Below, one piece after another: positions 57,194 through 64,000 of a DNA stretch of 64,000 nucleotides. The notes under the pieces are model-generated. The model did no database searches. It had not been told where the DNA came from and saw only the letters and a list, made by a program, of their open reading frames with translations. The translations under genes were made by a program, and so were the position numbers. Where the stretch lies: IMG/VR virus record IMGVR_UViG_3300044797_000318, positions 64,001 through 128,000 of that record; one strand, 5' to 3'. Source of the stretch: a virus. Positions within the stretch are counted from its first letter, which is position 1; each line of letters opens with the position of its first letter.

Positions 57194-57206
57194 ACTGAGA
57201 AATATA

Positions 57207-57512
57207 TCACTTAGGCTCTCGATGTAAATAGAGGAGCAGTCCGTCTATTATAAGACAGACAGTACCGCCCGTCAAGGCCCAACAGATAGCCCAGCCCAAT
57301 TTATAGGGTTCTTGCGTCAGAAAATAGACCACCAACCCCGCCCAACAGCCAGTGCAGAAATAGCAATCTAATAACTTGAAGATTACCACGCCCACCCACG
57401 GAAGGCGGAATAGAAGATTTCGTAAATGCCCCATCATATTCCAAGGGCCATCCGTCTCTTTGATGGCAAAAGCTAAACCAAAAATAGCTAGCAGGGCAAT
57501 TAGTGTATTCAT
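57207..57512 (-). CDS. membrane protein, DUF1360-like
   Basis: DGPW..LR; LLDCYFCTGCW; TM helices. Confidence 0.6.
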   Translation of the reverse strand: MNTLIALLAIFGLAFAIKETDGPWNMMGHLRNLLFRLPWVGVVIFKLLDCYFCTGCWAGLVVYFLTQEPYKLGWAICWALTGGTVCLIIDGLLLYLHREPK

Positions 57513-57742
57513 AATATCTCGCGCAAAAGTTTCAAGATATGTCCGGCATTCTTTCCGTGCCATACCAGACAAGAAGTGTCGATAGCACAAATAGGAATTT
57601 CTTTTTGCTGGACAAGTTTATTCAATTCATTACCGCTAAGTTCTATTCGTAATAGTTTGCCTTGAACATCTGGGAAAACCTGGCCAATAGTAAAAGAATA
57701 ATTGATATCTTGTTTATTGTGATTGGTAAATATTTTCAACAT
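57509..57742 (-). CDS. hypothetical protein
   Basis: ORF in operon. Confidence 0.5.
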   Translation of the reverse strand: MLKIFTNHNKQDINYSFTIGQVFPDVQGKLLRIELSGNELNKLVQQKEIPICAIDTSCLVWHGKNAGHILKLLREIL

Positions 57743-57745
57743 TGT

Positions 57746-58345
57746 TCATTCTAAATAAAAATAAGGAGCTCCCGTATATCGTCTAATATAAGCTAACAAT
57801 CTCAATGAAGCTTGCAAATTATATTGCGATATCAATGATAAGGCTTGTTGAGCTATTTCCATAGGAAACAGATTGGGCTCAAAGACAATATCTAACTGAT
57901 TGCTGGCAATGGTAGCAGCAAACCCAGCATCTACAATAGTTCCCGTATCCAAACGATAACCTACCGCATCCAAATTGAAGAAAACGGTTTGTGGCAGTAT
58001 GTTGAGGCTAGCTTCCTGAGCAAAAGTATTACTTTGGATAATAGCCCAAGTAGCATCCAAGTTCCAAATAGTAAATTGTGTGCCACTGATGGAAAACTGA
58101 TAACCCGTCACATTGTTTTGATTGAGCTGAACACCATCATATGTGCTAAACACATACAAAGAACTGGCTGGACAATCTATTACAATATTGATATTGGCGG
58201 GACTTTCACCATAATACCACTCTCGAACGGCTGATCCAAGAATAAGGACAGTCCCTAAACTATTGACTATGGTAAATAGTTGAGCAATTTGAGGGTCTGC
58301 CTGTAAAGCAGTTAGACTATTTTGGACAACCGTAGATAAAGTCAT
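57746..58345 (-). CDS. degenerate CCA-adding/poly(A) polymerase head-like protein
   Basis: LGSAVREWYYGESPANINIVI versus canonical GGAVRD....PKDIDI. Confidence 0.6.
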   Translation of the reverse strand: MTLSTVVQNSLTALQADPQIAQLFTIVNSLGTVLILGSAVREWYYGESPANINIVIDCPASSLYVFSTYDGVQLNQNNVTGYQFSISGTQFTIWNLDATWAIIQSNTFAQEASLNILPQTVFFNLDAVGYRLDTGTIVDAGFAATIASNQLDIVFEPNLFPMEIAQQALSLISQYNLQASLRLLAYIRRYTGAPYFYLE

Positions 58346-58806
58346 CTATGTCCGCCATGACCACCGTGGCCACCACCTACACGACCACCGCCATGGAAAC
58401 CACCGCCACCATGAAATCCACCACGACCACCATTCCAATGAGCGCCATAATGACCACCTCGATACCCTCGGTAAAAACCATGACCGTGATAGAAGCCGCC
58501 ATAACGAGCTACATAACCAGGATAATAACCTCGAAACCAGGCATTATTGTAAAAATAGAAACCACCCCCAGCCCAAATATGGAAATATGAATCCCAATAG
58601 ACAACGCCCGCACTGGTAACATAATACGAAGTATCGCAAACTTCTCTTTCACCATAAGCGTTTTCATCAATGAAACAACCATAGCTAACCTGTGGTGCCA
58701 CTGGATCGGCGTATGCTACGCTTTCTACACAGCCCATCAAGCCAAACAAACTAAGGCACGTCATCAAACTAAATAGTAACTTCTTCATAGGAAACCTCTT
58801 CATCAA
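58342..58806 (-). CDS. lipoprotein with Gly/His/aromatic-rich tail
   Basis: Lipobox LMGC; GGFHG repeats. Confidence 0.65.
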   Translation of the reverse strand: MMKRFPMKKLLFSLMTCLSLFGLMGCVESVAYADPVAPQVSYGCFIDENAYGEREVCDTSYYVTSAGVVYWDSYFHIWAGGGFYFYNNAWFRGYYPGYVARYGGFYHGHGFYRGYRGGHYGAHWNGGRGGFHGGGGFHGGGRVGGGHGGHGGHR

Positions 58807-59603
58807 ATATAAATCAAATCTTTATCCGAAACATGTAGATAAGAACCTTTGCCTACCCTACATTCCGCATTACGTGCAATTTGGACGGTCATCGACTCGT
58901 GAGTATGACCGCTTAGAACACACATGTGTCTTTTCTTATGCTTTTCCATTACCTTTTCCAGCTCCACACCTAAACTACAATTGATGTGGTAAGGAGCCCA
59001 AAAGGCTTCGCTAAATATTCCTTTGGCACGATTGGCTTCTGCGTGAGACGGAAAATGCGTCATTACATACACCATCTTATATCCATCCAAAGCTTCTTCT
59101 AGTCTAAGGGCCAAAGTTTGAGCACTCTTCTTTGCCATCTCCCTCATCAGCTCCAAACGAGCCTTCATATTGGGAAGTTGTCGGAATTCTTTGACTAAAA
59201 ACCAGTCAAAAGTATATTTTATGTATTCAGGGTTACCTATTCCAGCATCATACCAACCTTCCGTTCCAATGAGTGCCGTTCGTTCATTGAGAGGGACAAT
59301 CCCTGCATCGGTCATCCAAATTAGATTTTTATATTGAACACATAACTGACGAATGCCGGCATGAACTTTCTCGAAAGAAGAGAACCATAATTCGTGATTG
59401 CCATGCACAAAATAGAGGGGGCGCCCAATGCGTTTGCCCAAAAACTCTAAATCGGAGAGGAAAGTAGGCCCTTCGGAAATATCACCCGTCAAAAATACTC
59501 CATGAGGGTGTTGATCCAGAATAGTATTGAGTAACTTATAACGCCCAAATATCTTGATATGCGGGTCGGTTATCCATACATATCGTTTTCTTTTAGAGAT
59601 CAT
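58803..59603 (-). CDS. metallophosphoesterase (CpdA/Icc-like)
   Basis: TDPH, TGDI, GNHE, THFP, GHTH. Confidence 0.85.
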   Translation of the reverse strand: MISKRKRYVWITDPHIKIFGRYKLLNTILDQHPHGVFLTGDISEGPTFLSDLEFLGKRIGRPLYFVHGNHELWFSSFEKVHAGIRQLCVQYKNLIWMTDAGIVPLNERTALIGTEGWYDAGIGNPEYIKYTFDWFLVKEFRQLPNMKARLELMREMAKKSAQTLALRLEEALDGYKMVYVMTHFPSHAEANRAKGIFSEAFWAPYHINCSLGVELEKVMEKHKKRHMCVLSGHTHESMTVQIARNAECRVGKGSYLHVSDKDLIYI

Positions 59604-59629
59604 ATATAATTACTCAATTATGAATAGCT

Positions 59630-61501
59630 TTATGCAATCAAATCTAAAAATTGCGTTTCATTGATAAGGGCCGTTCCCATTTTACGGGCGGCCTGTGCTT
59701 TACTACTGGTAGATTGTGGATCGGCAATTATCAGATAACTAAGATTTTTACCAACGCTGTTTTTTACCTCTCCACCATTCTCTGTAATCATTTTTTCAAT
59801 TTCTGCACGCTTGATTGAAAGCGTTCCCGTTACTGCAAAACTTTTACCACTCAATTTACCATTGATAATTTCTTTGATCTTGACACCATTGACAAGTAAG
59901 TCGAGAATAAGTTGCTGATTATTTTTGAGGCCATCAGCTAAAAATTGCGCTTTCACCGGCCCCACCCCAGATACTTGCTCGAATTGTGCGGCTCCTAACT
60001 GCCCAAACTTTTCTAATGTGTTGCAGCCATCTTTCATTATTGCTTTTATTGTTGATTGTCCTATGGTAGGTATTGATAAACCGCCCAGAAGCACTTCCAG
60101 AGGAACTTCTTTGGCTGCCCACAGGTTGTCATAGCACTTCTGCGCTGACTTCTTACCCATACGATCGATATCGGCCAGCTGATCTACTGTCAGAGTATAA
60201 AGATCAGCCACCGTCATGACCTTACCAGTTTGCACCAGCTTCTCTATCAGAGTGTCTCCCCATTCTAAGATATTGATTTCTTTGATCCAATTTTTGATGT
60301 GACCAATCACTTGGGAAATACACTTGTTAGTATTGAGGCAAACAAGGTTCTCACCCTGAAATACTACTTGATCACCACAATCAGGGCAATCCGTAGGTGG
60401 CTCAGCAATGGTTCCAGTGCCTTTGACTAACTCCTCAATACGGGGGATGACGTCATTAGCACGGGCTACCAGCACCTTAGCACCGATATCCAATCCCAAC
60501 TCTTCGATATAACCAATGTTATACAAGCTGGCACGAGTAACAGTAGCACCTACTAACACTACTGGATCCACTACTGCCACAGGGGTCAATCGACCACTAT
60601 TGCCCACTTGCCAAATGATATCTCGAATTACACTCTCACGAGTTTCATTATCAAACTTGAAAGCCATAGCTCCCAGAGGTCGGAGGTCTTTATCACCCAA
60701 AGCCATCTGCTTATCAAAGTCATTGATGCGAACTACCAAACCATCGATATCATAGTTGAGCAAATCGCGCTCAGTGTCTTGATAAGTGCGCCAGTGTGTA
60801 TTGACATCATCGATATTCTTGAAAGTCCAATAAGAGGGAACGCTAATATTGTTGTCTTTCATCCACTCGAACTGATCCTCTTCTGAGGAAAAATCCAGAT
60901 CGCCCAATACTTGATAGAAAAGAATATTGAGTTTATCAACCCCCACTCCATCCAAACGCTTGGAAACACCCGAAGCAGCATTGCGCGGATTAGCCTTTTC
61001 AGGGAAATCCTGCTTCCAGACCGATTTCTGCATAATGATTTCACCACGAAGAGAACCATTGAAATCAGTATTGAGGTCATTATTGACCCCACCCATACGA
61101 GTCACATTGACAGTAATATCCTCACCAGTGATACCATCACCTCGGGTAATAGCCTGCACTAGCTTACCATGCTCATACACTACTTCGATAGAGATACCAT
61201 CCAACTTTTGAGTGACGAACCAGGACTGACAATTCTTATCCTTGGCCCAATCAGCCATCTCAGTAGGGGTATTGACTTTGTTGAGAGAGCCCATTGGGAT
61301 CTGGTGCTTAGCTTTCTGCCATTCAGAAGGCCCCACAGGGGCTCCCACAGCTGTCAAAGCAGGATGATTAGCATCCAAAGTGCGCAGCTCATCTGACCAA
61401 GCATCAAAGACGCTGTCTTTTATCTTTGTCTCACCATTATAGTAATCATTACGAGCCTGCGTAATCTTATCCGCTAACTCTTGAATACGAACTTTCGACA
61501 T
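59630..61501 (-). CDS. ligA: NAD-dependent DNA ligase
   Basis: KLDG, TRGDG..GEDIT, NPRNAASG, DGLVV, C4 Zn finger, HhH, BRCT. Confidence 0.96.
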   Translation of the reverse strand: MSKVRIQELADKITQARNDYYNGETKIKDSVFDAWSDELRTLDANHPALTAVGAPVGPSEWQKAKHQIPMGSLNKVNTPTEMADWAKDKNCQSWFVTQKLDGISIEVVYEHGKLVQAITRGDGITGEDITVNVTRMGGVNNDLNTDFNGSLRGEIIMQKSVWKQDFPEKANPRNAASGVSKRLDGVGVDKLNILFYQVLGDLDFSSEEDQFEWMKDNNISVPSYWTFKNIDDVNTHWRTYQDTERDLLNYDIDGLVVRINDFDKQMALGDKDLRPLGAMAFKFDNETRESVIRDIIWQVGNSGRLTPVAVVDPVVLVGATVTRASLYNIGYIEELGLDIGAKVLVARANDVIPRIEELVKGTGTIAEPPTDCPDCGDQVVFQGENLVCLNTNKCISQVIGHIKNWIKEINILEWGDTLIEKLVQTGKVMTVADLYTLTVDQLADIDRMGKKSAQKCYDNLWAAKEVPLEVLLGGLSIPTIGQSTIKAIMKDGCNTLEKFGQLGAAQFEQVSGVGPVKAQFLADGLKNNQQLILDLLVNGVKIKEIINGKLSGKSFAVTGTLSIKRAEIEKMITENGGEVKNSVGKNLSYLIIADPQSTSSKAQAARKMGTALINETQFLDLIA

Positions 61502-61607
61502 TCTATCACCTTTTTTGACTTGGGTAAATGCGATCGAGGTAAAGATTTGAGGGAAGACGCACCACTCCCACCAGCACCTCTACATCGTAAGGCTGCGGTG
61601 CAGCTTG

Positions 61608-61772
61608 TCAAGAATGCCGTAATTTATTAAATTGCTTAGTGTCGGCTTTTCGTCGTTTATCAAAAAAAGCGCGCACAGTACTAAAAATTGTCAATACTCC
61701 GGATCCAACACTAATTACTTCTATTATTTCTATAACCATTTTATCATCAATAAGTCCTACGCCCAATAGCAC
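61608..61772 (-). CDS. small membrane protein
   Basis: Manual translation MLLGVGLIDDKMVIEIIEVISVGSGVLTIFSTVRAFFDKRRK...; GAGGGG RBS. Confidence 0.4.
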   Translation of the reverse strand: MLLGVGLIDDKMVIEIIEVISVGSGVLTIFSTVRAFFDKRRKADTKQFNKLRHS

Positions 61773-61846
61773 ACCCCCTCTTGCCGGAACCGCCCCATTG
61801 TAGATGTTGAAATTAGTAAGTCAAGCTGAACCGAAAATTTATTATT

Positions 61847-62410
61847 TTACCTTCTTTTGGCCGGCTTCTTCTTGATTTCACCAGCTAGTCTAAGGATAAC
61901 GAAAGGTGGTGCAACCCCAGCTGAGAAAGTGGCAGCTGCGGAGAGAGCTATATTGAGCCTATCTTCTGGCTTCATTTTCTCCGTAGCAAACATAGCACCT
62001 AGGGCCAGATCAGCTCCACACCCCAGTGCGTCAAAAGTGGCGTGAAGCTTACCCACCTGATAATCCCGCTCTACATTATACAGATTTCCCTTGTATCCTA
62101 CTAAAAAATTACCACCCAAGGTAGCATCTTTATCACCAAAACCATTGATAGAAAAACATTGTCGAACTGCATCCACGAAGCTGGTAACCATATATTCCAT
62201 ATCGTTTTGATGCACGGTTTGTGCAGGAGGGGCAAATTTGTATCTAAGTAGTTGGCCCATACGAAATGATTGCGTGAAACCCATCAAAAATGGCCCGTTG
62301 CCAAACACTTTCTCATCAGCCCTAATAGAAAGGGATGATCCAGCTACCCCCGCACTATCTCCACCAATGTATACATCGCCTTTGTCTACGAGCCCTATTA
62401 CACATGTCAT
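61847..62410 (-). CDS. HslV/proteasome-like Ntn hydrolase
   Basis: N-terminal Thr (MTCVIG), GGDS, K, ALGCGA..ALGAM. Confidence 0.78.
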   Translation of the reverse strand: MTCVIGLVDKGDVYIGGDSAGVAGSSLSIRADEKVFGNGPFLMGFTQSFRMGQLLRYKFAPPAQTVHQNDMEYMVTSFVDAVRQCFSINGFGDKDATLGGNFLVGYKGNLYNVERDYQVGKLHATFDALGCGADLALGAMFATEKMKPEDRLNIALSAAATFSAGVAPPFVILRLAGEIKKKPAKRR

Positions 62411-62428
62411 ATGATCTCCTAAAATGGC

Positions 62429-63055
62429 TTATGGTTTTTCTTGCAGCTCTATGATTGTACTATATCGCTCCACTAATCTTTTGATTTCGTCTTTCACCAA
62501 AGGTATTTTAGGAAAAAAGTTGATGGGGGCGAGTGTTACCATCTTATCGAAGATCGGAAAATACTTTTCTTTGGTTTCTTGTATTTGCTTTTTCTGAAAT
62601 TCCAAAGTAGTGCCAGGGATCATCAGAGATCGTAAATTATCTAATCGATCACAGGCCTTGATGGCCAGGATTTTCCAATCGTGGCAACTAGATAAACGCT
62701 CAATATAGCCTTCTTTGGGGACTTTGCTCAGTGTCTTGATCATATAAGGCACATCCTGGCCAAAACAATGTTCCAATAATTCAGGGGTTAGATCGTGGGT
62801 GTCTTCTATCGAGTCATGCAAAATGGCCGTAATAATCATATCACGATCGATAATTCCCATTTCGTCCATCAATATAATAGCTACTCTGCGACAATGCTCG
62901 AAATAACGGGTGGGCTTCCCATCTTCCGTCAGTTCTTTTCTGGTTTGGGCTCGATGCCCAAACTTAGCCAAGCAATAAGCTAGCTTGACGTCCAGCTGTT
63001 GAGAAGGCGCAAAGAAAGGGGCAATGCGAGCTTGAAAGGTTTCTTTATTCTCCAT
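62429..63055 (-). CDS. small alarmone hydrolase (RelA/SpoT HD domain)
   Basis: H..QTRK..YFEH..AILHDSIEDT..IKACDRLDNLR. Confidence 0.85.
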   Translation of the reverse strand: MENKETFQARIAPFFAPSQQLDVKLAYCLAKFGHRAQTRKELTEDGKPTRYFEHCRRVAIILMDEMGIIDRDMIITAILHDSIEDTHDLTPELLEHCFGQDVPYMIKTLSKVPKEGYIERLSSCHDWKILAIKACDRLDNLRSLMIPGTTLEFQKKQIQETKEKYFPIFDKMVTLAPINFFPKIPLVKDEIKRLVERYSTIIELQEKP

Positions 63056-63311
63056 AATGGATCCTATATAATTCTATGGCTTGCTCTCGCATTATCTTGA
63101 AATGACCCAGAAGAAAATTCAATAAATCTTCATCTTTTATCACTTCAAGACGACATATGCAACAAGTTGCTCCATCGTTTCCACCTTCGTCTTCTTGATT
63201 AGCACAAATCGGAGAACAAAAACATCCCCCACAATCACACCAAGTGGCATCACGACTAACATCTGGAAAATTACACCTACAATGACTACAAGTATAATAA
63301 TCAACACTCAT
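63045..63311 (-). CDS. Cys-rich small protein
   Basis: Multiple CxxC motifs. Confidence 0.55.
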   Translation of the reverse strand: MSVDYYTCSHCRCNFPDVSRDATWCDCGGCFCSPICANQEDEGGNDGATCCICRLEVIKDEDLLNFLLGHFKIMREQAIELYRIHYGE

Positions 63312-64000
63312 CTTATTATTACTCCTAATTCTGAGACTAATCTCTCTATAATAGACTTCTGAATTTTATTGACTTCCACATTACGCAGCGTTCCTTCCAT
63401 AGAACGATACATTACCCTATAACACTGCGAGGTGTGTCCTTTCAGCTGAAACTCGTCGATCAGGGTGACGGACTCGATCAAGTTTTTGGTATCCACATCA
63501 CGAGCGATAGAACATAAATCATTGTATGAAAACTTCTCACTAACAAAGAAGGAAACATCCTTATAGCAAGCCTCATATTTAGAGTAAGGTTGGAACTTAG
63601 TAATCTGGCCCGGAGTAAATTGACTGAGAAAACGCCTATCGGTCGACCAAAACAGTCTAATATCGGGGATATCGAACATGACCATAGCCAATCGTTCTAA
63701 TCCTAAACCGAAGGCCCAGGCTTTTTTATGTCCTAAGCCCAAATCATTCATAATATCGGGGTGAACAGTGCCAGCTCCCAAGATTTCTAATTGACGATCT
63801 TTGCCGTTTTCATCGGTCAAAGTAATGCTAATTTCCAGAGAATCCACTGTGAAGGGGAAATATACCTCTTCGTGTTCTGAGCCTTCTAAAAATTGATATT
63901 GGATTTTGTCGCCAAATAGGTGTTTGACCAATCCACTCAGTTTTTCTCGAAGGTGTTGCTTGACATCCACTCCATCATCCACAATATGGAAAGCATCCAT
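63308..64000 (-). CDS. monomeric (mitochondrial-type) phenylalanyl-tRNA synthetase, 5' part outside the window
   Basis: YFPFT, LEILGAG, WAFGLGLERLAM..IPDIRLFW fused to FDX-ACB (SKY..CYKDVSF..SQCYRVMYRSME). Confidence 0.9.
   Translation of the reverse strand: MDAFHIVDDGVDVKQHLREKLSGLVKHLFGDKIQYQFLEGSEHEEVYFPFTVDSLEISITLTDENGKDRQLEILGAGTVHPDIMNDLGLGHKKAWAFGLGLERLAMVMFDIPDIRLFWSTDRRFLSQFTPGQITKFQPYSKYEACYKDVSFFVSEKFSYNDLCSIARDVDTKNLIESVTLIDEFQLKGHTSQCYRVMYRSMEGTLRNVEVNKIQKSIIERLVSELGVIIR

Noticed and set aside
58345-58500. Tandem repeat element
   Set aside because: Explained by Gly/His-rich codons of the lipoprotein tail
1-64000. Genome-wide TAG recoding (alternative genetic code)
   Set aside because: Only two in-frame TAGs were seen, long genes are intact under code 11, several genes end properly in TAG (e.g. 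24698, 53774, 54857), and no CUA-anticodon tRNA is in the window

Overview
This window looks like part of a large (jumbo-type) dsDNA bacteriophage genome rather than a cellular chromosome. The evidence is dense, mostly minus-strand genes, T4-like rIIA/rIIB, RNA ligase and polynucleotide kinase, about 12 free-standing homing endonucleases, a tmRNA and 13 tRNAs grouped by amino acid. Recognisable modules are: (i) a ~14 kb plus-strand glycan synthesis cluster (glycosyltransferases, methyltransferases, acetyltransferase, aminotransferase, gmd, fcl); (ii) an RNA repair and translation toolkit (two RNA ligases, PNK, RlaP-like nucleotidyltransferase, Thg1-like protein, tmRNA, monomeric mitochondrial-type PheRS, ppGpp hydrolase); (iii) Fe-S scaffold and carriers (IscU, two IscA); (iv) two MoxR ATPases and a VWA/peptidase partner; (v) an ADP-ribosylation operon (WGR-PARP, DenV-like glycosylase, macrodomain, NADAR). 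The most unusual observations are a ~233-nt multi-hairpin ncRNA candidate downstream of a tRNA array, a D-armless tRNA-Arg(UCU)-like RNA and other non-canonical tRNAs, a 67-nt CCA-ended mini-RNA, a set of dissimilar small proteins sharing a C-terminal K-x-K-x-Y-hydrophobic-F-S tail, and two tRNA-end enzymes with Asp-to-Asn changes at catalytic positions. All calls come from motif recognition by eye; no database search or folding program was run.
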